Assembly (NCBI RefSeq): GCF_001194135.2 | Contig: NC_068990.1 | Location: 18,206,805 to 18,270,804 of the forward strand | DNA from: Octopus bimaculoides | Taxonomy: Eukaryota | DNA length: 64,000 nucleotides | Direction of reading: 5' to 3' | In this document: positions 37,031-50,906 of the stretch, one piece after another | Numbering within the stretch: the first letter of the stretch is position 1 | How the letters are laid out: each line of letters opens with the position of its first letter | The notes under the pieces: generated by a model | What the model saw: the letters and a program-made list of their open reading frames with translations, nothing else | Told to the model about the DNA's origin: nothing | The model's database searches: none | Translations under genes and position numbers: made by a program

Positions 37031-38974
37031 GTGAAAACTTGCCGCCAATGTTACGAATAGCCAATGAGGTTGCCCTCACTCGGTTTTTCGTCCTACAAGT
37101 AGTTTGTTTACACTACATTGTTCTCAAATTCGACGGTCGACTTTCTTAAGAATGTAGTCGTACAAAACACAGTTGGGGTCGCAACTGGAATCTTCTTGAT
37201 CATTAATCAATTTGATCAGGACCAACTTCGTGCAAAACAAGAACACGAACAACGTAAAAAAATGTATTAATCGATTATATTTACCACATCTTTAAGCAGC
37301 TTAATTTTTCATCTCTTTTAAGGGATAAAATATGCAAAGTCTCTTCAATAATATAAATGTATCTCACATGGAACCAAATCTCTTTTCGTTTCTCACGTGT
37401 GCAAACACCAACAAATTAAAAGATGACTTATATTGTATTATAGAAGAGATGTAAACTGAACAACCAATTATCTATTTCGAATTGATAAGTAAGGCTACAG
37501 GTCAAGGTTATCAATGTATGTACCGTGCAAGAATTCCCGTGAAACGATTCTCTTGAATTTAATTCCGTTTTATGTTTTTACTAAACGGAAATCCGATCTT
37601 TGATAAACTATCTTGATATTGTTTTCGATTCGATGTGACCTGTTTCCCGACCTTGAAGAAAAAGGAGTGGTGAGTCGCAGAAATAGAGTGCTGGACCGAA
37701 TATATTTCAACTAGGGTGCTACCCATCATATGAAATAATTTTGAAAGCATACTATTTACACCATGGGCAATATCAAGAAATATGGCATACATACAATAAT
37801 TGTTATTAAATTGTTAACAAATGTTATGATACCTATATTAAAGGATGAAGTGAAAACATATTTAAAAAAAATCCCCTAACATAAAATTAAATAAGACAAA
37901 TATTCATTGGTACAAATTCTCCCATAACTGCTTTGTAATTTATTGCCATTTCTCCTCACCTTTCCATGTTTCTTCCCCTCCAAAAATCCTGCACCACGTA
38001 TTTTAACTCTCTTTCTATCTTCCCTCTACTGCTTCTTAGTTACGGTCCACTCATACAAAACATACATTTAATGGTGTTAGTATTGTGGTTAGTCGACTGA
38101 ATATGTTTAGTATATTACTGATATGTATTTTACTAGTCCAGGAGAGACGAAACATTACTTGGAAATTATCGCAAGGTGTAAAATGAACTCAACAGAAACA
38201 ACACGAAACGACGTACGATGTTGATTATCACGATTTTAGGTCCACCATGAACTTGACTGTACGCTTTATGAAGCTCATTCGCTCTTATCCAACAGCATTT
38301 CCTAGGCGGTTAGAGCGAACAGCATCACATAAAATAACAATTCTAAATGTGTTACAATTTTTCGAACAGCAAAATCAAAAATGGTTTCATTTGAATCGTT
38401 AGTTTAAGCAATCGCAATGTTCCAACCTCAGAAACATTACTACGCAGCTGGGAAAACATGGCTCGAAGGCATTTTGTTCGGTGCGTTTCCGTTTTTAATG
38501 GTAAGAACGCAGTTCAATCCTCTATCATCACAGTCTGATATCTTATTTACTCTTGTGACGTGATATTGTCATACCTACGTCATCCGGTTTCGTTAATGTG
38601 AAAATATTGCCCCGAAATTCTATGGTTTGTAAGAATTGATGTAATGGAACATTATCTTGGATTATCATTTTTATTTCAGTTGCTCATACAAAGACAAGTA
38701 TGATTAAATGCAACGATCTCGTGGATAGAATTGAAACGAAAAGTAAAAATCGGAAATATATTGAACAGAAGTTACATACGGTTGAATACCTGATTACTGT
38801 GTCTGCTGGGAGCGCCATCTCACCGGAAGATAGTAAACGAACTACCACGTTTTGATTCATGCTATCAGATCCATTTATTAGTGCGTGGGCTTTTGTTATC
38901 GAAAATGTGATTAAAAGCTAAATTTATGACAATATAGGAAACACAAACACATACAGGCACCATCTGCGCATGTA

Positions 38975-39112
<138 letters not shown>

Positions 39113-39805
39113 TTCCTTCCTTTGATGGCAGCTCTTTTAAATTGTATGAACACCAACCTCCCATTATAGAATAATATTTCAGGATGAACGTATAATAATA
39201 CATAGTATATATATATATATGTATTCGTTATTCAAGTTCAATGATATGCATATGATTTGTCATGTTTCAAATATGTGTCTTTCACTTGTATGTACAACAT
39301 TTGCAATATAATCGAATCTACAGAGATGAGGATTTAAATTCCAATCTATGAAAAGTTTCTGTTCGTTCTACAATATTCTTAAAGGAACGAACATTTATCC
39401 AGCAACTCGGGATAATGCGAACGAGCCTAGTATGTGTAAAAACTAACTAGCATCTCTTGTCAAAAGTACAGGCGAAAGTCAGATCGCTGATGTTCGCTGT
39501 GCACTCCGCTGTCGTTATTTGATTGCTGTTATTCTGTGCGTCTGTTGTGCAAAGATCAGTTGTGCTTTGCAGGGTTGCTTTATTTTAACCCTCAACTGGA
39601 GAAAGACATAGTGCTAGATATAAGAAATGAGCAATATGGGGCTAGAAATAATGAAGAAAAACGTGAAATTCTTCGTGCAGGCATGTTTCTTATGCGAAAT
39701 CTGTGATGAGCCCGAGTGATGTTGATGACCTGGTGTCGCCTCTGATATTCACACACGAACACACACACACACACGCACATGCACACACACACACACACGC
39801 ACATG

Positions 39806-39846
<41 letters not shown>

Positions 39847-41344
39847 CTGTGTCTTGAGAGGGTCATTACACCACATGCATACATACATACATACATACAT
39901 ACGTACATACATACATACATACATACGTACACGTTTGTGAATGATTCAATATCCATTCATATCAAATGCACGATGGTGTAGTGATGGTGAAATTTGTGAT
40001 ACTGACGTGGATGGACCTGAAAGGGGTTCAATAGATAATTACTAAGTTTTTTTTATGAGAAACAATATTAAACATTTTTAAACGTGGTAAAGCGGTTGAA
40101 ATGAATGTCTGATATCCTTTCTTCATGAGTTCTCACATCCTGATTTAAATTTCTTGCCTTCTTCAGCTTCTGTACATAGTAAATGTCAAATATACTCTGC
40201 GCCAGTTAGATCGACTATAAGTTATACTTTTTCAAGCATATTTGTGATCTTGGAAGTAATGTAAATAACCTTAAAGGCAATCTAAGAAATCAAAAATTAT
40301 CGATAATGAGTCAGAGTTTAAGAAAATTAAATAAGGTTCTGCTCCTCAAGATTCTGTTGCAACCTCTGTTCCTATTTAATCTATTCCACTTACAACAATT
40401 AAGGAATGTGCCAAACAGAATGGTCATCACTATATCCTACTTTATTTTCTCTAAAGTATAAAACGTTTTGCTTCTTCCCTAAAACCAAAATTCCAAAAGA
40501 ATCTCTATTAGCTGGCTTTGGATTCGATTTGGCTTCGCATCACTCTGGGAAAAGTACATTATGCCAAAAATTCATATCGATCAAAACGTGGATGTAATTT
40601 GGTAGAAGGAAGCTGTTTGGAAAAAATCATTCAAAGGAAAAGGAAGATGTTTATCCTTGTGTGACAGACTTAATCCGTCACCCGATTTACAACAACAACA
40701 ACAACAACTACTACTACTACTACTAATACTACTACTACTACTACTGCTGCTGCTGCTACGAATATGACAACGACGACGGAAGGGTGTAAACTTATAATCT
40801 ATAATCGTTCGTCGACAAAATAGTTCTTGAAAAGTTAAAAGTCAAAACCAATATGTTTTACATGTTTGTCAGACAAGTAATTTGATTTGAGACCATGGTT
40901 TGAAACTAAAGTAATTAGAGCGTGAAAGACACCCGCTAGCCATCCAAGAACACACGAAGACTTTTAACCTTACTTAAACATTCATTATTTGGTGTTAGAA
41001 TTTTCTGTGTACGAACAGCGGTTCGGGCACAGAAAGGATTCTACTGAAATGTAATGGATTCGCACCAGCGACCAGTCCGCAGTTGGCGTGACGAAAATTA
41101 TGACACTAAGTAATAAATGTTTAAGTGAAGTTAGTAGACATTGTGTGTTTTTGAATGACTAATTTGTGTATTCTATGCTGTAATTGTTATATCGATCGAT
41201 CGATCTATCCATCCATCCATTAGAAACCGGCTCTTTGTTGGCGAGAAATCTTGAAATAAAACTGAATAATGACATACATATATACATATATACACATATA
41301 CGCACATGTTTCTAGGTAGTGGGTAGCGATTTTCTTCACTACTT

Positions 41345-41752
41345 CAGGGAGTGACTACCCTGCCTGACACGAGTCCCGGGCTCAGCTGGCTCCGGCTGAC
41401 AGTACCCAGTATGGGCTCCTATCCAGGGTTACGGAAAGGAGACAACCTTTAAAGAGATCCGGAGTGGAGCCCCGTAGGCGGTTTAAGTGTTCAACTCGAC
41501 ACCCTTCCGGCAGCTCCTGCAACCAAGCTGGTGTCAAACGTAAAGCTCTGCACTCCTTTGGATTACGACAGCAAGGTCGAGAGAGGAATTTTGAGGATTG
41601 GGCTATCCAGGATTTTCTCGCATCTAGCCCAGGCCTGAGCAAAACTGGAGAGAAAACTGGGGAGGACATGAAATGTAAAACCCAGACTAGATTAGTTTAT
41701 GCGCAACTCCATTGTCTCCCAAGACAAAAGGATGCCAACAACGACGCGCATA
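41345..41752 (+). mobile_element. GC-rich island resembling the 5' region of an RTE-clade LINE
   Basis: Sharp GC rise. Motifs TCCGGAGTGGAGCCCC, CAGCTCCTGCAACCAAGCTGGTG and GAGAGGAATTTTGAGGATTGGGCT recall RTE/BovB-type 5' UTRs (from memory, not searched). No APE or RT frame seen. Confidence 0.4.
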
Positions 41753-41773
41753 CTTATATATTTACACAGGTGG

Positions 41774-41980
41774 AGGCGTTTGACCTAGTGGCTAGGCTGT
41801 TAGACTCATGATTATAACATTGTGCGTTCAATTCCTGGAACGGGCGTTGTGATCTTGAGCAAATTCACTGACAAAAATGAGAAACCCTGCGACGGACTGG
41901 AGTTTCGACTAGGGGCTGTATATATATGGCACGGAAACCGGGAAGCCGGCCTTTACGCAACTATTGGGCTCGAGAAGGAT
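41774..41980 (+). mobile_element. SINE family D
   Basis: GACCTAGTGGCTAGG (A box), GTTCAATTCCTGG (B box), CCTGCGACGGACTGG (V-domain-like motif), GGCTCGAGAAGG. Confidence 0.75.
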
Positions 41981-42304
41981 GTTTCATTTTTATTTATATA
42001 TATTTACACGAAGTTTGACAAAATTTCAAAGCTTCCACTTACCAGCTGTAATCGAAGTGCGATTTACTCTGGTTCTTTCTGGTTTTACGAAATTTTGCAT
42101 TGTGTAACGGAAACCTCGAAGATCACTGTCAACCTTACCCATCTAAAAATGAAATGGCATGTTGTCTACCAAAAAGTATTGAGTAATCCTTCAGTTTTAA
42201 GTTAAATTGTTTATATCTATAGCTTCACATGCCAGCAAACATTAATCCACACACGTTCACATACACGTAATTTTCTGTATGTATATATATTTCTTTATGT
42301 TCAG

Positions 42305-42545
42305 GGTGCGTGGATTAATGTTTAGGGTGTTGCACACATGATCGTTTGGTCACAGTTTCGATTCCTGGACCGAGCAATACCTTGAGTTCTTGAGAAAAAC
42401 ACTTCATTTCACGTTACTCCAATCCACTCAAGTAGCAAAAACGAGTCATCCTGCAATGGACCGGTATCCCAATCAAGCTGGGAGGAATATATAAACCACA
42501 AAACCCAAGCAAGCGCCCTTATGAGCTAACGGCTCGGGAAGGATA
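42305..42545 (+). mobile_element. SINE family D
   Basis: GTTTCGATTCCTGGACCG, AAAACACTTCATTTCACGTT, CCTGCAATGGACCGG, GGCTCGGGAAGG. Confidence 0.75.
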
Positions 42546-43130
42546 TTTCTTCTCTGTTTATATATACACACTCACTCAGTAACAAGATTTTTCCTGCTAG
42601 ATCCACAAAAACGAGTATTCCAGACATCCTCCTTAAGTCCGCATTTATTTTTATTTTACATCACTGCAAGTCTTGCAAAACTACGACAGTACAACTTTCT
42701 GCTATGTAGTACGTCAAGTCTAGTTGCTGAACGTAGTTTATAGATATACTTTTAAAACTAATGAATAATTAACCATCTCAACTTTCTTATCAGTCAATGA
42801 TGCAGTCGTTTTGATATTTCGTTTCTATGTATGAATTCTTAATGAAAAGATAGTTATAAGTGATGGGGGTGGGTGGGTAGGGTTGTAAATATACTTCCTT
42901 GTAGAGCTACAATGTGCTGAGAAGTTTATTCAACATAATGTTTAGACTCTTAAAATCTTGCTGCGTGCAAGTGTTGCAGTATATATGTTGTTTACATTTA
43001 TTGCTGTCTAAAATCGTATCGCAGTTTTTAGGAACGAGAATCATATGCGCAACAAAAAATATAAGCAACTATTCCCAAGTACGTAATTCCAGATTCCGTC
43101 CCACTACGTGGTATATATACATATATTTAT

Positions 43131-43358
43131 GTGTGCGTCTTTGTATCTGTTTGTTCCCCCGCCACCACTTAACAACCGGTGTTGGTGTGTTTGCATGCCT
43201 GTAATGTAGCGATTCAAAAAAAAAAAAAAATACCGATAGAGTAAGTACAAGGCTTAAAAATTGTGCTACGGTCGATTCGTTCGACTAAAATTCTTCAACG
43301 CAGTGCCCCAGTATGGCCACAGTCTAATGACTGAAGCAAAACAAAAAAGAAGGTAAAA
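43131..43358 (+). mobile_element. SINE family B
   Basis: AACAACCGGTGTTGGTGTG...CCGATAGAGTAAGTAC...GTCGATTCGTTCGACTAAAA...GGCCACAGTCTAATGACTGAAG. Confidence 0.75.
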
Positions 43359-43709
43359 TGTAATTATATCCTCAATTACACTAAATTTCTTAACGCACAT
43401 ATTCTACCACATATCATAATACACACTTATCCGAGGCCTGTCATATAGCAAACAACATTAAGTAACCTAATAAATATAAATTAATTTCGTCTAGTATGAT
43501 ACAATTTTTAATAGCCATACATCAAAGGTCAGTCAACGGGAAAATTAAACCCCATTTACAATGTATTTTCCTGAGCACAGAGATACTATGTTATTTGTTT
43601 GTAAACCTGACTTTTTTCAGGTTTATAGAAATTATATTATTTCGAGCGCGTAAAATAGCGAGAATTAAATCGATGATGCAATTATTCATTCTTTAAACAG
43701 TCTGAAGTA

Positions 43710-43925
43710 TTTGAACGTGAATATGCTAATAATTGTTGTACTTCTTCGTGGGTAGATTTGATGAAAGAGACACAATGAAGCGGACACACCAGAGAGTTAA
43801 TTTCCTCTTCATTCACAAAATCGAGTGTTTTGTTAATAAAAGCGAATGTGTCGACACATTGCCTGATGGGAGAAGTTGTTCTTCGGAGGCGAAATACACC
43901 AACGATTAGCTTGTTCACGTTCAAA
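43710..43925. repeat. 216-bp segment bounded by 34-bp imperfect inverted repeats (MITE-like)
   Basis: TTTGAACGTGAA (43710-43721) and TTCACGTTCAAA (43914-43925) are perfect complements; 28/34 over the extended stem. Confidence 0.5.
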
Positions 43926-44410
43926 CATCCTGGGAATGATTATACACATTACTGTTTTTTTTTGGGGGGGGGGGATCTTTTTTTCTGACAGACTACTTCA
44001 CTTTTCTTGAACCGACTGGATAGAAAAATAAGGTATGTGCTAAAAATAACAGCCAGTCATGTTATTAGATATACACGATTTATTTCAACAATTATTTATA
44101 TCACTAATGGAAACCCAGTTCCATTTTTTTAAACCTATCTTTTCAATAAGATGATATATACTTTCACAAAGAAGATATATGATAAAAGATTTTTAAATGA
44201 CATTCAAAATTCATTTCCATTGTTTTATCAACGCTTATTAATTCCACTAACAAAAGTGGGAGTTCGTTTTGCATTACATTTTCGATAATTGAAAAAAATA
44301 AAATAGCACTCGAAAATAAATGTTTTGTGGAAATAGAAGGTATTGAAACTTCAGAAAAGTTATTATGTTATACAGTTGAGCTTCATAATCGTATGTACAT
44401 CAGAACATAT

Positions 44411-44610
44411 TTCTACTCTTTTACTTGTTTCGGGGATTGGACTGCGACCATGTTTCAGCACTGCCCCGTGAAGTTGGAGTAACAAACTGACCCCATTAGT
44501 TATTTAAATCTTGTACTTATTCCATCGGAATTTTTTGACGAACTTCTAATTTACGGTGACACAAACAAACCAATATTTATTGAATGTCAAGAGGTGGAGT
44601 TGTAGCACAT
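44411..44610 (-). mobile_element. SINE family B, decayed
   Basis: CTCTTTTACTTGTTTC...GACTGCGACCATG...GTACTTATTCCATCGG. Confidence 0.65.
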
Positions 44611-44920
44611 ATATAAACGCAACGGCATAACTACGCACACACATACCTACGCACACACATATACCTACGCACACACACTTTCCGTCTACCGTCTTGGTAT
44701 GTTGAATAGAATTTCTCACCTTCTTTCCTGAAAATGTTAGAATAACTCTTCATTATTCTTTAATATACTCGAAATTCTCTTACTGTGTTGCTGCCTGGTG
44801 CAATTGTAAAGTTCTTTTACTCAACCATGTCATTCATAACTCATGGAAGACTCAGCATTAACAATCCTCAATCAAAATTACTTTCATTTTATAATAATAA
44901 TAATAATTATTATTATTATT

Positions 44921-44978
<58 letters not shown>

Positions 44979-46157
44979 ACTCTGCCATCAAGTTCCACAA
45001 AATATTTCATCATCACCACCATACTTATTTGTATGAAATTATCCGTCGCTATTCATCCCTCATAACTACCAAACAAGAGGTATCGCTAACTTGAATTTTG
45101 AAACGCCCTTTTCGATGTCAAATTTTTAAAAGATCATTAAAATCTCAACTTCTGCTGAACCAATCTCTTTTATAAACTTTATTTTATAGACCTACAGTAT
45201 TTATAACATTTGTAATATTTTATATTTTTAGACATAAAGAGATTTACTTTTTATATACGTTTTTGACCACCTTGCTTGCATGCAAAGGATGTTTCTTTTT
45301 TTTTCATAATTATTGACCTATTTAATTTTTATGATTTGACCTCCTACCAACTTACTGAAATCAGCCAGGCTGCCAAAGGACTTAATCCGACTTTTTATGC
45401 AATTTCTGAAAATAATATTTTTGTAAAAATATTCGATGTAAATTGGATCGATAAATTTATTTATTATTTATTATTACGTTTCAGCTCCGTTAGATCTAAT
45501 TGAGTGCATGTATGATCAAAACAATCCTATCTTGACTGACCCGTATTTTCGTGGTATCTAGGGCTACATTATAAATGGTATATCTTTCCATTATGGGTAT
45601 GATTATGATGAGATTTGACTGCTATTTCTAACGAACTGTGTGAACTGAGGGAACACGATATTATTTGAATATATTCCGAGAAGAAACGATAAGGTACTGG
45701 CTTAAATGCGTTATTGTATTTAATTTCACTCCTCTTCAATCTAATTTTACATAGTACCTGGGTCAACTTGTCTTCAAGTGATATATTTACCAGTTCTTAA
45801 TATATTTATGCATGCGCCATTGAAAAAAAAAATTCGTTCGAAATATCTATGTTGAAAGAGAAAGTAGTATTTAGCAATGACTAATATTGTGAATGCTTGC
45901 ATGGGAGACAACTTTGTATATATCACGTCAACGAAGCATATCCTTTATTGTACTCGTCGAAATAATGAATGAATTCCTAAGCATCATTAGCTGTACAAGA
46001 CCAGTATGTATATAAAGAGTCCATTTTTGTAATATTACTCTCTTCCTACATGTTATACTCACCCTAGGAAATAAACTCAGTAACGAAAGCTATCGAAAGA
46101 TAGCTATACACCGCCAATTTCAAGTTGATTTCAGTCTAAACAATAGAATAATATATC

Positions 46158-46370
46158 TTTTATGTTTGACCTGTTTCAGTCATAAGATTGCAGTCATGCT
46201 AATCGTCATCTTGAAAAGATTAGTTGAACAAATCTGCCTAAGTACTTATTTTTTAAAGACTTGTACTTATTATTCTATCAGTCATTTGTGTGGAACCGCA
46301 ATACTACGCGGTCATACACAAACCAGCGCCTGTTTTCCAGCAGTGAGAGACTGAAACAAACACAGAAAAA
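46158..46370 (-). mobile_element. SINE family B, decayed
   Basis: CTGTTTCAGTCAT...TGCAGTCATGCT...GTACTTATTATTCTATCAGTC. Confidence 0.6.
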
Positions 46371-46469
46371 TATACAATCACATATGCAAATGCATGCGCG
46401 CACACACACAGGCATACACACAAGCGCGTACACACACACACACACACTCACACACACGATGGGCTACCA

Positions 46470-46629
46470 CACAATTTTTCGCAATCCGAATTCACTCATA
46501 AGGCATAGTAGAAAACCCTTGTTCGGGACTGTAGGAGAAAAACTTTGTCTAAGGTGCTGCGCATTGGGACTGAACTCGAAACGATTTGGTTACTAAGTGA
46601 CCAAACTGCTTTACCATACACTATGCCTT
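46470..46629 (-). mobile_element. SINE family C, decayed
   Basis: TGGGACTGAACTCGAAAC...CTTTACCATACAC, reverse complement of the C head. Confidence 0.6.
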
Positions 46630-48285
46630 TAAGAATTTTTATTTAATCCCAATATAATAGTAATACATATATTGTGTGATTTTAGAAAATTGAAACGGTT
46701 ATCTTGACTTGGGAGCCTTTGCAAATCTCAAGCAATCGATAAAAGAATTATATGAATAATGATGTGTAAATTGATTATAGAACAAAACCGGTATTGCCAA
46801 ACTAAGGTGATGTCAGAATTCTATAATAGCGTTCAGTGAAGAAAACGTATAAAATATTTCCAACAATTTCAGCCCATTTATCACTTGAATGCATTAATAT
46901 ATCGCCTTATATAATCTAAATAGAGAAAGTCATTTAGCTGTAAGCAAACTATTTGGAAATATAAGAGGTTGAACAGATTTCAGAATAAAAAAAAAAAAAT
47001 TAAAAAAATTTCGTGCAAGCGTTAGCAATGTAACCTGCAGAATTTCAGATTAAGGAGAATTTAACAACGGCACTATTGACCGTAAGTGCAAATTGTTTTC
47101 ATTGGTTTATTATAGACCATACCTCGATTGAATAGCTTGGCGAGTGTTATGCATTCACATGAAAAGATTTATAATAAGAAACCGGAGAGTCTCTAACCTA
47201 TTAAGGAGCTTTGAAATAGTAGAGTTAATAAGTTATTTCCTGCATGATTACTTACAAACGGGATTGAAACTTAAGCGCTCTTGTTTGTGCATTTACTTGC
47301 CAAAAATATCTTTGGGTGCAACTTATATAAGGTACAGATAGTTTCCAGATTTTGTCTTTCCATACATTCCATCCAACAAGATGGTTATCGAATTACTATC
47401 AGCTTCCTTTTGTCTAAGAGTTGAACAGATTTCGTCCACGTATTTTTGTTTTGCAAACAAACGTATCATAAACATGCGATAAATTAGTTGTCAAAGATTT
47501 AAATGAAAGGTTATTAAGAGACAACAGATAGTAACGATATATGCATCAACTGATTACAAAACTCAGTATTTATAGAATATGTTACTTCAATGATCTGTTC
47601 TTGGATTTAACTCCTGCTTTAACGGAATTTCTCTTTAATGTTTTGAAGACATATATTATGGCTGACTTAATGAACTACACATGTTTGTTACTTACTACTC
47701 TGTTATCTTTGAGCCGCTGAGATAACATATACATGGTCACTCGACATGTTAGAAATATGTCAATACATCAAAATTAACGAAGAACCTACTGTATAACTTT
47801 ATCCTACATTGACTATATCTTAAGCACAAATGAAATAGTCATAGCTTAAATAACCATCGCTCCGGTCCGCCTGGCTGAACTGGAACTAGTAAGTGGCAAA
47901 CAGTTTTCGATGTGTTCTGTAATATAAAATTAGTTTCATACGGTCAGTGATCAAGGCTGAATTTCGAAGCAAGATTTGTCTCACTTTGTCTCACTTGCAC
48001 CGTGTTTGTCCTTTGAAAAAGCATGTACTTCAACTTCATTTGTAAATCAATAAGAGAAAAATATTGTGTGCTGTACGAATGATTACTGGTTAATTTTCGT
48101 ACATTAAATAAAAATTCACCTGAATTTAGCTGTTAAACTGTGCCAAACTAATGAAACGCTGAATTGCAGACTCTTTAGTTTGTCCTTAAATATTTACTTA
48201 TTTCCTTTTTCCGTTCCGATTTCAAAACTCACTTGACTGGTATTAACTTTTAATCAGATCATAGTTAATATTAGCAACGCTACGA

Positions 48286-48538
48286 AGTCGGTCAGCTGGC
48301 AGAAACGATAGCGCTCCGGGCAAAATACCTAACCGTATTTCGTCTGTCTTTACGTTCTGAGTTCAAATTCCACCGAGATCGGCTTTGCCTTTCATCATCC
48401 TTTTGGGGTCGATAAAATGAGTGCCAGTTGCCTGTCCCCACCCACNNNNNNNNNNNNNNNNNNNNNNNNNNNNNNNNNNNNNNNNNNNNNNNNNNNNAAA
48501 AATTCGGGCTTTGTGCCTATAGTAGAAAAGAATATTAT
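48286..48538 (+). mobile_element. SINE family A spanning a short gap
   Basis: CAGCTGGCAGAAACG...TTTACGTTCTGAGTTCAAATTCCACCGAG...GGGGTCGATAAAATGAGT...TTTGTGCCTATAGTAGAAAAG. Confidence 0.85.
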
Positions 48539-50467
48539 CAATATAAAGTTAAAAGATTGCTCTAATGTTCTTCCTGAATAATATTGAACGCAATTTTAAT
48601 AGTATGTAGTAGGAAATAATTCAGCCTTTGTTAATCTAATTATACATACTCGTTTTTAAACCATTTCTTGCGAATTCTGAACTGGCTCTGCAGAATTACT
48701 CACAGAATCGTTTACCACACTGCTCTCTGTGGATAGATATGCGTAAATATACAGATGAAACTTAGATCATGTATTACGCTTCACTTTTGAATTATCTGTC
48801 GAAAGTTATATGTATAGTTTAAGAGAAATCAATCTTTGAACTTCTTATAAATATATCAATAATTCACTATAATGTTCTCAGAGAAATAATATATGGGAAT
48901 TGTGTAATAGAATCTAACATGTAGTGTTGCTTCTGTATATCAAGTTATGAAGACAGAGGGCCATACATTTCCATTAATATAAACCTCTCTGGCGCCAGGC
49001 TCGGTGTTAGAGAAATAATATGAAGCTTCCTATACTGAATAATTGTTCTCACCTTTAGAAATTGATGTATTATAATCACAAATAAAATAGATTAACAATA
49101 CAGAACACCGCATTAACACCGATTCTTCAAAATCTACCGTAGCGAGGAAGGTTATACTCGGATATTTCGAAAAAAACTAACCCCACCCCACCAAAAGAAT
49201 AAACAAAAAACAAAAACCAAAACAAAAAGCAGATATAAGTAGTATAGATGAAATTGTTTTTTTGATAGAAAAAATGTATATTTAGTTCTATGTATAAAAA
49301 TATCTAATGCAACTACTGGAAAGAGTTTTCCATCTCTGGGAAATAGCAAAATGAAAGATTTGTGTGATATATTTACAAGGAACGTGTGATACATTTTTCT
49401 TTTACATTCTAGTCAGTATCTGCAGATTAAAATCGATGTAGGAACGGAGGTATTATGGGTAGGTGGCTTCTTGATAGCGTATGGGAATTATTTGTTCTAT
49501 TTCTCATGAATGAATCCCCCTGTTTCAGATTACAAAATACTGTACTCGAAGCCCTGTTATGTATGTTAATCTATTTGACGATATCGCGAAACTATAGCAA
49601 CATGCAATTTCACAAGAAAGCCTAAAGCCACAGTGACAGTTGACATACGTCATCAAATGTATTCGAAACGATGCAACCTTTATTGATTTTTCTCCAATCT
49701 GCCTAGATTGTGAAATCTCAATTGTATTCGGCACGTTATGATGCGCAGTTTTGACTTTCAACAACGGCTCGCATTACGCCGCTCAGTTGTAAACATGTGC
49801 AGCACAACCGTAACGAACCAAGTAGAGTGCAAAAATTATCTGGAGTAAACAACTATAAGACTAGCATTTGTTCTTAACTGACCTTAGATAAAGCGATTAC
49901 TATTGTTAGAAGGTGCTCAAACATGATGTATATTTAATTACTATAAAAACATAATGAGATCGAAAATATGAATTCAATAGTATTAAAAATATTCCTCCGG
50001 TAACATTGTTATAATCTTTAAACATATAAATACACCTATGTTCAGATACACATAGATAAATAAAGAACATATACGGTATATCGACTGAAGAAATAAATGA
50101 TAAATTGACTGATATGAAATATATGATAAATTAAGCGAAAAAATATTCAATAAATTGAATGACAATAGTTCTCATAGAAAAGATAAAAGCATAAATTAAT
50201 ATGGCATTAATGAAAATTAGTTTCTTTTTCAAATAGTTAACACTTCTCACTGGTATTGTCGTAAGTTTATTCAGGCAGGATATCGAGTAAAAGAATTCAT
50301 ACAAAGACAATTAATTACTGATGTAGTAATATCCGGATGGCAATAACGAAATCATTATCAGTAATGTAAAACAATTCAATCCAAGTATTAGTAACCCGAT
50401 AGAATATGCAGTTCTCTAAGACGATTTACAAGTACATATTCGGAACAATACAATTATGAACAACTTT

Positions 50468-50665
50468 AAGGCGGCGAGCTGGCGAGATCATTAATATGCC
50501 GGGCAAAATGCTTTGCGGGATTTCGTCCGTGTTTACGTTCTGAGTTCAAATTCTATCGAGGCTGACTTTGCTTTTCATCTGTCAGAGTTCAGTACTGGGG
50601 TCGATGCACTCGACTTACACCATCTCCCGAACTTGCTGGCCTTGTGTCTAAAACTGAAAACAATT
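50468..50665 (+). mobile_element. SINE family A
   Basis: AAGGCGGCGAGCTGGC...TTTACGTTCTGAGTTCAAATTC...CTTGCTGGCCTTGTG. Confidence 0.8.
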
Positions 50666-50666
50666 C

Positions 50667-50860
50667 TTTTTACTTGTTTCAGTCATTTAACTGCGGACAT
50701 GCTGGGGCACCGCCTTGAAGGGTGCTAGTATGCTAGGACATTTATTGTGAAGCCTAGTACTTATTCTATCGGTCGATTTTGCCGAACTGCTAAGTTACGG
50801 GAACGTAAATACACCACCACCGGCTGTAAAGCGGTGGTTGGCGATAAACACAGATACAGA
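50667..50860 (-). mobile_element. SINE family B
   Basis: CTTTTTACTTGTTTCAGTCATTTAACTGCGG..ATGCTGGGGCACCGCCTTGAAG...TAGTACTTATTCTATCGG...GCTAAGTTACGGG. Confidence 0.85.
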
Positions 50861-50906
50861 GACACACACATACATGTATACATATATATGTATATGCAAC
50901 AGGATT

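Noticed and set aside
37559-37792. ORF beginning YAIFLDIA as a LINE RT motif
   Set aside because: No KAFD or QG motifs follow in any frame; likely chance.
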